Shown: positions 23,950 to 37,944, counted from the stretch's first letter. The stretch is DNA of 64,000 bases from Podospora anserina (GCA_017654855.1 CM030336.1:3968001-4032000), one strand, 5' to 3'. A program made the numbers and translations. Notes: generated from the sequence alone by a model not told the origin.

Positions 23950-26507
23950 CTACTTCTTCCCCCCCCTCTCCCTCTCCCTCCCCCTCCCCACCTCCTCCAC
24001 CCCAACCTCAACCTGTATCCTAACCGCCTCCCTCAACTTCTGCACCACCTCCCCCTGCCCCGAAAACGCCCTCTCCAGAATCTCATCCATCTCCCTCTCC
24101 ACCTTGGCCACATTCCTCCCCCCCATATTCTTATTCCCTCCCCCACCAACCTTCAAATCAACAAACACCCCCGCCCACCTCTTCGTAAAAGCAACAATGC
24201 TCCTCCTCAGCTCATCATCCAACTGCTCATGAACATCCACCTCCCCTTCTTTACCCCCTCCTCCCTCCTTGACCCCATTCCCTCTGCCTCCTCCTCCTCC
24301 TACTCCTCCCAAACCCAGCAGTGAACTTCCCGGAATATACCCCCCAATCGTCCCCCCCAAACTGCCCACCCGTTCCCAAACCCCCCTGATTAGATTCCCC
24401 CCTACCGGCTTCAATATTCCGTCCCAAATCTGCCCAAAATGCTGCATCTCCCTGATCCTCCCCGAGACCGACTGCGTACCAATATGCACGTTTCTGATGT
24501 CGCCAATCTCGAGTGTCACAAGCTCGTTCTTGAGGATAAGCAAGTTTTTAATCATAAACAGATCTGGGTCGGTACCCTTGTGGGGAGCTGCGCGGATGCG
24601 GGCCTCGGCGCGGTGAAGGCATGAGATGGACTCCCGGAGCAGGCCGAAGATGATGGGGGAGTTGCGTTGCTATTGGACAGGTTAGATGGGGGTGTGGATG
24701 GGAAAGGGGGGCGGGAGAGAGAGAGAGGGAAAACATACGCAACGTTCTTTGGGCATGGATTGATCAAACATGACCAACAGCTCAATAGCTCGCTTGATAG
24801 GGGGAAAAGCGTTCGAGGAGGAGTCATTGTTGGTTACTGGCCCGATCTTGAGCGAGTCTGGGGCGACGGCGGCCTTGGTGATGGATTTGGATATCTCGGC
24901 TTCGAAAAGAGCGTCGGTGAACGTCCAGAGGTGCTCAGTAAGTAGCCGCGCGGTGAGCTCCCTGCAGTGAGCCACAAAGGGGGTTTCATCCTCGTCAAAG
25001 TCCAACAGGAGATACTCGTTGGTGACCCAGCCTATTATGTTGCACACTGTTCTCAGGTCGCTATTGTGGAGAACAGACTGGAGGTTGGTGGCGACAGGGG
25101 CGACGTTTGTGCCCGTGACCAAAGACCCGGCGTGGGAGGATTTGAGGGCGGTGAAGGCAGATTTGGGGTCGGTTGAGTATTGGGTCTCGATGGCGAAGAT
25201 TTTCCGGAAGAGGGAGGCTTCATTGTAGGAACGCTCGTAGCACTGCTTGACGAAGTTACGGGCCGCGGTCTCGACGGATTCCTTGGCTTCTGAGCGGAAG
25301 GCGTCGAGGTCGCTTTGAATTAGTGGTTTCAGGTCTCTTTCTCTGACGGCCCAGTAGGCGTGGAAGATGTTGTTGGCTGTGTTGGCATAGATGTCCCAGT
25401 TGAGTGCTGTTTGCGGATGGCCGTTTTGATCGTAGACGTTGCGGATGACGGTCTGGATGTTTGGTATTAAGGAGTAGGACTCCAGCAATGTCTCTTCAAA
25501 CCGGCCATAAGCCAGGGCGTGCCGTGCGGACTCGGACCGCGTAGCCAGTATTTGTTTGGAAATTTCGGCAGAAACTCGGTTGAGGCGATTGGTGAAGCCA
25601 ACTTCGAGCAAGTGCAGAGCCTTGGTGAGCAGGGCCTGATAGCGGGCAAGGTAAGACTCGGCATCTCGGTACGTCGTGTTTTTCGTCATGAAGGCTATGC
25701 AAGAGTCGAGGCTTGACAAAATATCGGCAAACGCGTCGTCCTCCACAAGTCGACCTGCTCCTGGAGCATTGAGTCGTCTGCTGACATTGTCCAGATACGC
25801 GTAGTAGTGAAGATCTGTGCCAACATCATCGGCCAGCTTCTGCAACCGTTTCTGCTCTGTGAGTAGGTCGTCGCATTGGGCCTTGAAAGAGCTGGTTTGG
25901 TCGTCAACTGCCCGGAACGACTGGCTCAGGGATTCGAGAACCTTGAGAGCACTATTCGCATCTTCAACGAGGGTGCCCAAGTGTCGTTCGGTCATGACCA
26001 GCTGATCGTGGTACAACAGGAATTCCTGTTGACTTGCTTCCAGTAGCTCCTTGTCCAGCTCGGCATCGTGAGCGTCCTGTTCGACCGGCAGCTTTGCCGC
26101 CACAGACTCCGGAACGCCCAATGCTTCCCACGTTCGGCCATGTCGTATCCTCCTCCCCTTCTTCTTCTTGTGGTGTGGCTTTCCACCTATTTGGGCCTTG
26201 ACGATGTCGTAGAAATCCGAGTACGACTTTGCTCTTCGTGACAAGGTAGGTTCTGGTGGGGAATTGGTGTCTTCTTGGTCTTCGAAAAGAACTGGGAGCG
26301 ATCCCGCGCCATCGACATTGTCTACACCCTATACATATGGAGCTTGTCAGTCAAGAGCATTTCTTGAGTATATAGCTCCTGAGAGCCCAGGCCACTTACA
26401 TTTGGAGGCTGGAGCAGAGACTTCTTTCTTTGATGGCCTGAGCTTTGCGCCTGTCGCTGCTGTTGTTGGTAGTCGGGTACAAAGCTGTACCAAGAATCTT
26501 CAAACAT
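23950..26507 (-). CDS. COG3: Conserved oligomeric Golgi complex subunit 3 (Sec34), ~805 aa
   Basis: Exons 26507-26400, 26328-24739 and 24669-23950 join in frame. Sec34-like segments FRAVDDQTSSFKAQCDDLLTEQ, YYAYLDNVSRRLNAPG, YRDAESYLARYQALLTKAL and DLFMIKNLLILKNEL. Confidence 0.88.
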
Positions 26508-27007
26508 TTTTGTTTCTTAGCTCCCGTGGGATTCGGTCGATTTGTTGCTAATACCGGCTCCGGTGGCCGTCTCCGTATGCCTTTTCGGATGCCGCGTATA
26601 TCTGGCCGCAACGCAACGGGCGGGACCCTTCACCGCGCCCGACAGCACCCCCTGGCTCCCTAAAAGTGCCCCACAATTCAGTGGTGGGATGCGGGGCGCA
26701 CGGGCCGCATGTTAAGCTCTTTGATGCCAAGACATGAGCTTGGGGACCCATCTTATTGAAGAAAAAGGTTCATGCCTGCTGCATCTGAAGACAGCCTCGT
26801 GAACACCCAGTGACCTCACCATCTCAGGCCATCACTGGTATTTCAGTCGAACTCGGCTACCCAAGGCATTTTGGTGGTCAGGGTATGAAGCCGACGACAA
26901 TCCGAGCTCTTCTGTTCTCTCGCCTCTGACACAAAGGAATCTGGAAGCCAATCAGACCCGGCATATAAGTCAGCACTCAGAGACAGTTCAAGATAGCCTC
27001 GTCTGCC

Positions 27008-28795
27008 ATGTATCGCACAGCTCTACGACGGACCGCCAGGACAGCAAAGCCTTCGCAATGGGTACGGCATTCGAGTACCGGGGGTGAAGCTCAGCCTCGC
27101 CGTTCCATCATCCCTCTCGTCGCTGGAGCTGTCCTTGTGGGAGCTGGCGCTGGTGGTTTCTGGGCTTACCAAAACTACTCCCAACTATCCAAGCAACAAG
27201 AACAGGCTCAAAGCCCTAAACAAGCAGAAAAGGCCGAGATTCTCCGTGAGAAACCACGGAAGAAGGCAAAGTCTAAGGAGGAGAGCAATGAACTGATCAG
27301 CCCTCAACATGTCCAAGTCAAGCACAGTCATGACCACCCCGGCGTCTATGCTTGGGGTTCCAATGTGGGCAAGGTTGCTGCTCCTGACTCCAAGGAATCC
27401 AACATCAAGACACCACGGAGGATTCCCTTCTTTGACGGCCAGATTCTCAGGGATTTGAAGCTGGAACGAGACTTTGGCGTGGCAGTCAACGAGAAGGGCG
27501 ACCTAGTTCAGTGGGGTGTCGGCTACAACAGAGATGCCCCCGGCCCGGAAGTTACCCTCAGGGGCAAAGATGTCACCAAGATCGCCGTCTCCCGGGACCG
27601 TGTCATTGCCCTCTCGTCCAACGGACAAGTTTACTCCATTCCTGTTGCCAAAGCTGACCAGGCCTTTGCCGAAAACACACCAAACTCTCATTCTTCCTGG
27701 TCCATTTGGTCCGGCACCCCCAGCCTCACCCAGCACTACAGGACCCTCAAGCCTGCCAATTTGGGTTGGAACGAACAAGTGGTCGATGTCAAGTCCGGCC
27801 TTGAACACTGTCTGATGCTCACCTCCAGAGGTCGCGTCTTCTCGGCCGCCTCTAGCACAGAGGACTTTCCTTCCCGAGGTCAGCTCGGTGTTCCTGGGCT
27901 GACGTGGCAAAACCGCCCAGCTGGTCCATATGACCAGCCCCACGAGGTCGGCGGACTGCGCGGTTTCAAGGTCAGGGAGATCGCCACGGGTGACTACCAC
28001 TCCCTTGCCCTTGACGACGAAGGGAGGGTCTTTTCCTTTGGTGATAACACCGTTGGCCAGCTTGGCTTCAAGACCGATCTCACAGCTACCCATATTGACA
28101 CCCCCTCTCTGTTGCCCGTCAACCAGCTCTACGCCGGCACCAACCTCAAGCCCAAGGTTACCTCCATCGCCGCTGGCGGTCTCAGCAGCTTCTTCACCGT
28201 TGACGCCACCAAGGTTCAATCAGAGTCTGGGTCGGAAGTCATGCCCGCCTCTGAGCTCGGCAGAGTCGTGGCCGAGACGTGGGCTTGTGGTTCCGGTATC
28301 CACGGCGAACTCGGCACAGGCAAATGGCTTCACGTCTCTGTTGCTCCCTCCAAGGTCAAGGCTCTTTCCGATCTCTATGAATACGACGAGGCAACCAATA
28401 CTGTCCATCCTATTCGTCTCAACAAGATCGCCGTAGGAAGCACACATGTCTGTGCTGTCATGGACAATGTGCATGATTCCAAGGGGAACTCTAAGGGGGG
28501 TCCACAGTTTGGGAACGATGTCTTGTTCTGGGGAGGGAACGAGAGCTATCAGTTGGGCACGGGCAAGAGAAATAACACGAACGTGCCGATTTATATTGGG
28601 GCGTTGGATGGGGACAGTGTTGGGGCTGGGAAGATGGATGGGGAGCTGGGGAGGAATAGGCTCCAAATTGCGCCGAGGGCGAGGGTGAATCTGTTGACTG
28701 ATAAGGGGGGGAAGGCTGGGAAGGGGAGGCAGGTGGATGTGGAGCAGAGGGTAGAGTGTGGGAGGTGCGTGAGCGCTGTCTACTCTGCCGTGTAA
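27008..28795 (+). CDS. FMP25: Mitochondrial RCC1-repeat protein (Fmp25/Bca1-like), 595 aa
   Basis: Arg-rich presequence-like N-terminus, one TM segment (IIPLVAGAVLVGAGAGGFWAY) and RCC1 repeats (VYAWGSN, IATGDYHSLALDDEGRVFSFGDNTVGQLG, WGGNESYQLGTG). Confidence 0.85.
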   Translation: MYRTALRRTARTAKPSQWVRHSSTGGEAQPRRSIIPLVAGAVLVGAGAGGFWAYQNYSQLSKQQEQAQSPKQAEKAEILREKPRKKAKSKEESNELISPQHVQVKHSHDHPGVYAWGSNVGKVAAPDSKESNIKTPRRIPFFDGQILRDLKLERDFGVAVNEKGDLVQWGVGYNRDAPGPEVTLRGKDVTKIAVSRDRVIALSSNGQVYSIPVAKADQAFAENTPNSHSSWSIWSGTPSLTQHYRTLKPANLGWNEQVVDVKSGLEHCLMLTSRGRVFSAASSTEDFPSRGQLGVPGLTWQNRPAGPYDQPHEVGGLRGFKVREIATGDYHSLALDDEGRVFSFGDNTVGQLGFKTDLTATHIDTPSLLPVNQLYAGTNLKPKVTSIAAGGLSSFFTVDATKVQSESGSEVMPASELGRVVAETWACGSGIHGELGTGKWLHVSVAPSKVKALSDLYEYDEATNTVHPIRLNKIAVGSTHVCAVMDNVHDSKGNSKGGPQFGNDVLFWGGNESYQLGTGKRNNTNVPIYIGALDGDSVGAGKMDGELGRNRLQIAPRARVNLLTDKGGKAGKGRQVDVEQRVECGRCVSAVYSAV

Positions 28796-29368
28796 GATTG
28801 GTTTGTTGGGGAGATGGACATGTATGGATACGTGTAAGAACAAAACTGTGGCAATGGGATGGATGGTCAAGGAGTTGTATATGATGAAAGAGGACAGGCA
28901 AAACTCCAATCGCATCTCGGTTTTTTTTGGCTTGGGAAAGGTTTCAATTTCATCATTTTGTCAACAGCACATGAACCTCATACATCCGAGTGCTTTACGA
29001 TGCAACAACTCGCAACATTTTCGACTACCGAATGTCTACCTATGCCTTTGTACCTGCAGCTCGGGAACTAGCCGGCGGGTAATACATCGACACCACACCA
29101 CCGCACCCCGTCCCGTCAAGATGAGCATATTCTAGATCCCGAGACGGGATAGAGAGGGGGATTCGCCGTGGCTAATCTGCTAACCCCTCCTTCGATGCTC
29201 AACGACGTCAGCTACCATAGCTGTGATTGACGGGAATATTTCATTGCCATTGCGTCGCAGCTTGCAGATATTTCATATCTAGGTCTCGTCTCCCATTCTG
29301 GATATGCTTCTCTCTCTTTGCTTTGCCCTTTCTGAGGTTTTGAACATTGCGCTCTTTAAATCAGCAAG

Positions 29369-32117
29369 ATGCGGCTTCAGACCTCTGCAGGGTTGCTGCC
29401 CTTGATATCCCTAACCACAGCCTTGACAGAGACCCCCTTTCTCGGCTTCCCCTCCCCGTGGATCTCGCCCGACCCATCCGATGCCGAATGGCAAGCCGCG
29501 TACGAAAAAGCTGCAGCCTTTGTTTCTCAGCTCACCCTCACCGAAAAAGTCAACTTGACAACCGGCACGGGCTGGGAAGGCGACAGATGTATCGGCAAGA
29601 CCGGCTCGGTCCCAAGATTGGGGTTTGAGGGGTTTTGTCTGATGGATGGGCCGTTGGGTGTGAGATATGGTATGCCCTCCTGTCTCCCTTCTCCAACACC
29701 TCCCAACTGACAGTCGATGATAGTCGACAAAGCCTCAGCCTTTCCCGCGGGCATGAACGCCGCAGCAACCTTCAGCAAACGCCTCATTCGTGCCCGGGGC
29801 GAAGCGATGGGTGAAGAGTTCCGCGGCAAGGGCGTTGATGTCCAGCTTGGTCCTGTTGCCGGAGCCCTAGGCAGAACACCGCAGGGAGGGAGAAACTGGG
29901 AGGGTTTCTCTCCTGATCCGTACCTGACTGGAGTGGCGATTGCGGAAACGATCAGGGGGATCCAGAGTAGGGGTGTGATTGCCTGTGCTAAGCATTACAT
30001 TCTTAATGAGCAGGAGCATTTCCGCGGGAGTGTGGATGTGAGGATTGGCGATAAGACGATGCATGAGTTGTACTTGTGGCCGTTTGCGGATGCGGTGAGG
30101 GCTGGGGTAGGGAGTGTGATGTGTAGTTATAACAGGGTCAACGGGACGTATGCGTGTGAGAATGAGTGGGTGCAGAATTACTTGTTGAAGAGTGAGCTGG
30201 GGTTTAGGGGGTTTGGTGAGTTTCTGGCGGTGTGTCTCCCGGGAGGATGCTGATGAGAAAGACAGTGATGTCCGACTGGGGAGCACAACACAGCACCCTT
30301 GGCTCGGCCCTCTCAGGGCTCGATATGGCAATGCCAGGCGACATGATGGGTCCCCCTTCCGCCTCATCACCCCCCTACGGCTCGCACTGGGGCGGCGCGC
30401 TCACCCAAGCCGTCCTCAAAGGCGAGGTTCCCCAGTGGCGCCTCGATGACATGGTCACCCGGATCATGACCTCCTTTTTCCGCGTCCACGTCGGGAGCTA
30501 CACCTCCCGCCCAGAACCCAACTTCTCCGCCTGGACCCGAAACACCACTGGCCCCCAATACAAGTACTCCAACCGTCCCTGGACCACCGTCAACTCCCAC
30601 GTCGATGTCCAAGCCAACCACTCGGCTCTCATCCGTGAACTAGCCGCCAAATCCACCGTCATCCTCAAGAACACCGGCATCCTCCCCCTTTCCAAATCCT
30701 CCCTGACCAGCCTAGCAGTAATAGGCAACGACGCCCACGATAACCCCAACGGACCCAACTCCTGCCCCGAGCGAGCCTGCATCAACGGGACGGTAGCAAT
30801 GGGATACGGCTCTGGCACAACCGACTTCCCCTATCTGATCTCACCCGCCACGGCCCTGTTGGGCCTCTCCCAGGAGCACAACATAACCTTTTTCAACACC
30901 ACCTCCAACTGGGACCTCCCCACCGCTCAATCCACCGCCTCCAACGCTTCCGTCGCCATCGTCTTTGCAACCGCCACCTCGGGGGAGAATTTTGTGTCCA
31001 TCGATGGGAATGCTGGCGATAGGAACAATCTCACGTTGTGGGACAACGGTGACGCTTTGATCCGCGCCGTGGCGGCTGTCAACCCTAACACCATCGTTGT
31101 GTTGCACACCTCGGGCCCTGTCGTCATTGATCATGCGGATAAGCACCCGAATATTTCAGCTATCCTCTGGGCCGGGTTTCCCGGTCAGGAATCTGGGAAC
31201 GGGCTGGCGGATGTTTTGTTTGGTGATGTCCACCCACAAGGCCGCAGCCCGTTTACCTGGGGTAAGGACTTGGAGTCGTACGGGGTTGAGTTGTTGACGG
31301 TGGCGCCTGATCCGAGGAGTCCGAGGCAGGAGTTTCCAGAGGGGGTGTTTATTGACTATAGGTGGTTTTTGAGCGAGGGGAAGGGGGAGAGGGGGAGGGT
31401 TACGTATGGGTTTGGGCACGGGCTTGGGTACACGGAGTTTGAGTATGGGGATTTGGTTGTCGAGAGGGTTGGTGGGAGGGGGGGGTACGAGGTGAATAAG
31501 GGGAAGACGATACCGGCGCCGGTGATGGGGGAGGTTGTTGATATAGGGGATGTGGAGGGGTGGACTGAGCCGGAGGGGTTTGAGGGGTGGAGGATTCCGA
31601 GGTATGTTTACCCTTGGGTCAATGCGACTGTATATAACAGTGAGAATGGCACCGCGCGATCACCTGGCATTGGTGACTTCCCGCCGGAGGCTAGGGATGG
31701 GGGGGTGCAAGAGGAGCTACCGGCCGGTGGGAAGGAGGGTGGCAATGAGGGGTTGTATGAGGTTTTGTTTGAGGTGAAGGTGGATGTGAAGAATGCAGGG
31801 ACGAGGGAGGGGGTGGAGGTTGTTCAGTTGGTGAGCTGCCTTGTTTGCTTCTTCTGTTGTGATCCCGTCCGGCTGATGATGAATAGTACCTCTCACCCAA
31901 CAACCCTCTCGCCCCCTCTCTCCTCCTCCGCGGCTTTGACGACGTCCTCCTCGCCCCCAACGCCACCAAAACCGTCACCTTCTCCCTCACCCGTCGTGAC
32001 ATTAGCGAGTGGAACACCGAAGCCCAGAACTGGGAGATTCTCACCGAGTATCAGCAGACCGTCTTTGTCGGGTCGAGCTCGATGGATTTGAGATTGAACA
32101 GGACACTGCCCCTTTGA
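29369..32117 (+). CDS. Secreted GH3 beta-glucosidase, ~862 aa
   Basis: Exons 29369-29669, 29724-30215, 30266-31830 and 31887-32117. Signal peptide, [26 protein letters not shown], nucleophile motif [17 protein letters not shown] and an Fn3-like C-terminus EVVQLY..LRGF. Confidence 0.94.
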
Positions 32118-33260
32118 AGAGACTTGAGAATCACACACACTGAGCTAGGTAGCGATATCATGAACAGTTTCAATCTATCATCTACCAAGCTGTCTTCCTT
32201 CCTCTCTTCCCTGAACACAGCCGGCGAACTCTTGGATACTTCCGCCATCGGCCACAGCATCTCGACATTTACGCCTCGTTGATCGCGTTCTCACGTAAGG
32301 CACCAGAGTCTGGTATCACATGCAAAATGATCCGTTCTCGAGGCCGAATTCTCGAACATTCTGGCAGCTGGACAGATCTGAAGCCAACATTTTCCAGATC
32401 CACTTGATCGTAGCCGAATCGACATGACAGATACCACTCGCGACCTCAGCTCGTCACTTCTCTTGATGCTGTAACCCCATCTTTCCGCCCAGCTTTCACT
32501 TCCAAAGCGTTCCAACATTGACATCTTGCCTATTAGAACTTCCATCAGGGGCTTTCTCCCATGTTTCACAGCTCAGAGACGATCCAATTCCCAGATCTGG
32601 TCCCCGATCTCAACATCCATCAAAAAGCCACACACTCCACCGGTACCAAAGCCCCCCCTCGAACTAACAACGCCTCCGGAGAAGAACGGGAGCAACTTCG
32701 CACAGCACTGGCAGTTCACAATCAAGCCATCAGATTTGCAAGCGTGCACGAGCCATCTGGTTTGTCTATATAATCGAGTCTTTCCTCCCATTTCCTTCTC
32801 TGTTTTACATCGAACATACCACACCACCATCGACTTCGACATCGACTTCGACATCCATCGATATCGTCTTTAACATTGTCTTCAACATTGTCTTCAACAT
32901 CGTCTCGACTCGGACTTCGACAACATCGACATCGACATCAACACCACCAGCGACGACGAACGATGCGACCGACCGGACGACAATGACGACGACAACATTC
33001 CCCCTTCCCGCTCTTCCCCCTCTTCCCATGAGCACATCAACACACCCCCGGGTGGCACGATCGGATTGTGGACGGTCAACTAGGGGGGCAATAGACTCTG
33101 GGTTGTCGCTGCTGGGATAGCACGATCCGACCGTGGACGATTACCTGGCGCGAAGCCTCCCTCGTTCTTATGGATGGGTGTATGGGTCTGGCGGATATGA
33201 TTCGAGGAATAGGATGGTGGAGTCTGGCTGGTTGTTGCTGCCTTGGTGAGGGAGTGGTGG

Positions 33261-33345
33261 TTCTTTTTCTTTTTCTTTTTCTTTTTCTTTTTTTCTTTTT
33301 CTTTTTCTTTTTTTCTTTTTCTTTTTCTTTTCCTTTTCCTTTTCC
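33261..33345. repeat. (TTTTTC)n polypyrimidine tract
   Basis: Directly visible. Confidence 0.9.
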
Positions 33346-36300
33346 ATGCCATATATTGCCATCTATCTTGCCGTCTATCTTGCCATATTTATCGGGCGGC
33401 GAAGTCGGACTCTGTCGCCTCCTCGTGGTGTCGCCTGGAAACTCGTCTCTCCGAGGAGAGCGAGGCCAACGCAGAGACGCATGCGACTTTTGTAGGTGGC
33501 TACGAGAACAATACAAGACTTTTTTTTGGTCATGACTTTCAATGCCTTTTTGTGTGTGCCTTCGAGACTCTGCCTTGTGATTAAACAACTCTTGTAGCGC
33601 TCCTCTTGCGATGCATCCAAAAGAGATGGGACAAATACCTCGACACCCATCCCATGATGTCGATCATGGTTTTGGCGTCTGGAGAGGTTAGACTTGAGAT
33701 CACTGGGGGGGTTTTCTGTTGATCCTGACTTGTCTGCCTCACGAGAGACCATCAGGATGGAGGTATAGCTCAACCTGTGCGAAACTTTCTCTCCCTGTCT
33801 CAAGGTACCACCACCACATCGGGGCTTCAGTTTCCAGAACCCATCATACCCTGTGAATCAAAGACATCCCGTTCCGTTGTTCAACAACAGGCCTTGTCAG
33901 AGCTCAGACTTCTCACCACCTTCCACCTCAACCCACCTGGGTACTTGACTTTCTTCCCCTCCAAGTTCGAACACTGCCCGATTCATGTACGCTGTGTGAT
34001 GGGCAAGTAGAACGCAGAGTTAAATCGAAGCCACTCTGCAGCTATACGGCCATTAAGGATTTCTGAAGGGGATTTGTGTAGAGGTTTACACCTAGCTTGA
34101 GGTGTTGCGTGGCTTTATCCAAGTGCTTTTAGCTGTGCTTTTACTTTGTTCCTTACTGCGTAACGGTAGCATGGACCCAGGTTGTCGGGAGTGATGGCCC
34201 CGGGTGGAGGGGGCGAGGGGGGGGTTCTTGGTTTAAGTGCAGGGTTAGGGAGTTCATCTTTTTGCTTGTGGATTTCTAGCATGAAGTTGAGTGGTGGCTT
34301 CCATGAATGAGAATGTTGTGGGATGGGGTTGTGGAGCTGGATGGTTTTTGTTTGGGTTGTTTGGGTGAGATAGATGAGATTTTGGTGATGGCTCTGTCTG
34401 GTTGATGTCATGTTATTGTCTTTGATAGGGGGGGGCCTTATGAAAAGAGGGAGGTGGTGCTGTAATGATAGATGGGGAAAGGGGTGCTCTGGTACAAGAG
34501 GCTGGTAGAGCGATGGAGAAAAGCATCATATTTCTGTTATTGGGATCTCATGTCTACCCATCAGACTTGGCATTTTTCTTTGATGAGTTGCTGAATATGG
34601 CTGCCGTTGAGTCAAGTCTTTTGATGAACGATAAGGGAGAAAGAGGCCTTGTAGTGCTACCGGTAGACCAGAGAGAAACCTCGGGACTAACCACCTAAGG
34701 TTATAACCTCACGCCCCAGCGAACAATGTTATCAAAACTCGGTTGCCCCGGCTGGTGTAAGTTAGCACAGCGGTCAACTGCGTTCGGTCCTGAAAAAAAA
34801 AATGATATAAAATTTCTCCTGGGGGCGCACAATTTCTTCCAAAGCAGGCGCGCAGCCACACACAGGACCCGAGGTCGAGCAATGAGTTTGTCTTTTTGTT
34901 CTTGTCACATCTCTCCTCGTCCAACAACACCCTCTTCTCATGATGCCTTCAAACATGTTCTCCAGCCCAAACATATCCACTCTTCACCAGCCACACACAG
35001 ACAACCACACCCCCGCTACAAGAATAAGCCCTTCCCACACCCCTGCCCGCCCGACATGGATACATCCCGGACTTTTCGGGCTCGCTCCACAGTCCGACAA
35101 AAGGGACCCGAGCCCCGAGCCGCACCTTTCGCGCCCCGGAAAGCCAAAGCAACCCGCAAGAAACATCCACTTCTTCGCCCAGCAGATGGATGTCAAAAAG
35201 GGTTGGCGGGCGCTAAACAAACCGGCAGACTCGGAGATGACCTCCTTCCCTCAGTCATGAGGCTCATAAGAGGTACTAACTTGAATGCTAGCTGATTATG
35301 GTGATTCATAAAAGCGAGGGGAGTTTACAAATCATTATAAAAAAGCCACAAGACCTGAGACCTCTCTCCCGGAGTTAACAGGAAAAATACCGATGGTGTG
35401 GAAGGACAAGGCGGCGGTCTTCGGTAGTGTTCAACAAGACAGAAGGCCTCGGCAGGGTGGTAGGGTTCCGTCAACCATCGGGCGGCTACACCCTACAGGG
35501 CGATCGGAAGAGCCGCTCTTGTTGAGGGAAAAAAAAAAAAAAAACCATGTCAAGGTGGTTCCCGGTTCCCGGCGACAAGGTATTAAAATGTTCGCTTTAT
35601 GCCGAATCACCTGTTCTTCGGCTGCTTCCTGGATTGAGCTTGACCGCCGGAATGCATAAAAGAAAAAAAAATATTTTTCTTTTCTCGAAGAATTACAGGA
35701 TATGGTTCGACAGGCGATATCCACAGGGCCGGATCAGGCCTGCAGGTGGAAAAAGAATCCATGTGGGCAGGTAGAGGTATCCGCAGCATTTGGGCTCCTG
35801 ACTTGAACTTGATTGCTGCGGGTTGAAATAAAGGGGGTGTAGTAAGGACGGGGTTGGTGTGAGCAGCCAGAGGGGATTACAAATGGGAGAATTGATATGT
35901 CCGAGGCCCGATCAGATAAAAATGAGGCTTGACGATAGCAAGGCTTCCTATAGGTCGGTTTTGTTATACGCGTAAAGTGCTAGAGGTAGACCGCGGGTTT
36001 GAAACAATGTCGCGTGCTCTGTTCTGTAGCGAACATTTTCCCAGGTGGCTGGAAAAGAAAGAGACCCCCCCCTCGAATTCGGGTCCAAGGTGGAGATGGC
36101 GTCCGAAGCCATTAAGAAGCGAGTTCTCTCAGATTCATGCAGCAAAAAGGGCATTGGCTACCTCACAATTTTGCTTCCATCTCAAAGGGAGATTGAGAGA
36201 ATCCCAATCTCAAAACCCCAAGAGTTGGTGCGGTCTGATGTTTTGGTGCCGGTTGCCGAAATCCGCGGGTGGAATAAACGAGAGTTTCACTGATCCACGG

Positions 36301-37942
36301 CCGGGCTTGCAAATCGATAAATCGAACGAGCAAACCAACAGGATCGGCGCTATAAAACCGTGACAGCGCCATCCTATCCACCGGCAGGCCAGCCCCACCG
36401 TTTGAACCTTTTCATTTGGAGGAAGAAAGAGGCGCGCAGAGGCACAGCTGATAGCGTTGGCTCGAAGAGTGGAAGGCTATCCTACTTATCAGCCTTTTGG
36501 AAGATGTTGGACGGCAGAAGACATGATGCCGAGATGCCGAGTGCAAGCGGCACAAAGCAAAAGAATGCGCAACGGTTTCTCTGGCGAAACCCCACAGGCG
36601 GGAAGCAAGCCACATGTCGCCGATGGGCTCAAGCCTCTCCTTTGACGCACGTCCGCGGTTAGGAAGTGGTATCGCTGACCAATTGTGCCTCTTCTATCCC
36701 CCATGTTCCAAGACACGACAAGGTCAAATCCTGTCAGGAAGTGCAAGTGTCTTCTTTACCTTACTCTTCGAACAAGTCGTTTTCCCTCGTGGGCTTCTGG
36801 AGGTTTGTGTTCCTTCTAGAAAGTAATGACGGCATCACGTACACCACAGCAAGCATAATACTGTGTGTGCGACTAGCGTGATGTTCACCGCTGCAGGGGC
36901 ACACTTGCTGTCATCGATATGCAGCAAGCGAAAGAAACCCACTGCGGCATTCAAACTGACCCTGTCGCCCGGGCGTGGTGACCAGGTGGCTCCCGGCGAA
37001 AATCACACGGGGCGTTGTGTATGTACTTCGGTCCGCTCAATTACTGTGTCTGTGGTATCTCTTCAAGACTCGAGTCGTTGCTTGTATTATTATAAAGAGA
37101 AGAAATAAGCAGAGAAGAAATAAGCAGACAAGAGAAAGAGAAGGAGAGAGAGAAAGAGGAATGAGGAGAGTCGGTCTTGTCAAGTCTTGGCCTCTCCAGC
37201 CAAGTGCTTGGGAATACCATTTTTAGTGCCTCGTTTGCTGGTGTGTTGCTCGCGTGTCCCGTAACCTTAGTACCTTTGGGTGTGTGTGTGGGTGCGTACT
37301 TTGTACCGCCTAGCTTTGCTTCGCATGCATTCCCAAGTGAACCCACCCGTCCTTCTTTTAAACAAGGGCCACCGCCGTCATACTTTACCAAGGGAGGCCC
37401 CCCCCCTAGTCACAATCCGTCACACACTTAACCTCACTTGCTTCCCGTCCCATTCTTCCCCATTTTGCGATCTCGAGGTGTTGATCCTTTTCCCAAGTAC
37501 CACACACACTCAACGACAACCGACCGCAGGAAAGACGTGTGTTGGTGTGGCGTTCGAGCTGCTTTTCCCTCGTGGCTTTTTTTGGGCCCTTTTTCTCTTT
37601 TCCCTAAACGGCCTTTTTTGGGGGTTGCTCGACAAGACGGAAAAACCGACGAAACGAACAGGACGGACGACCGAATCCAGTAATTCCTAGAAATTAATAA
37701 TCAGCATCAACAAAGAATAAAAACGGTCACAACCTATTCGACAACGACGTCAACCACGAGCACCTCACCCAACCTACCGGTTCAGGCCAATAGTGTAAAA
37801 AGAGTTAAAGAAAGCAAGCACGAAGAGAAATGCAGATGCAGCGACGATAGCCGAACCAACTCCAACAAATCACCTCTTCCCCTTTCCTCCTTCTTCATCC
37901 TAGGAAAGGGCCGGTTTGCCTCCCCGCCGGGTGGTGCGTGTG

Positions 37943-37944
<2 letters not shown>

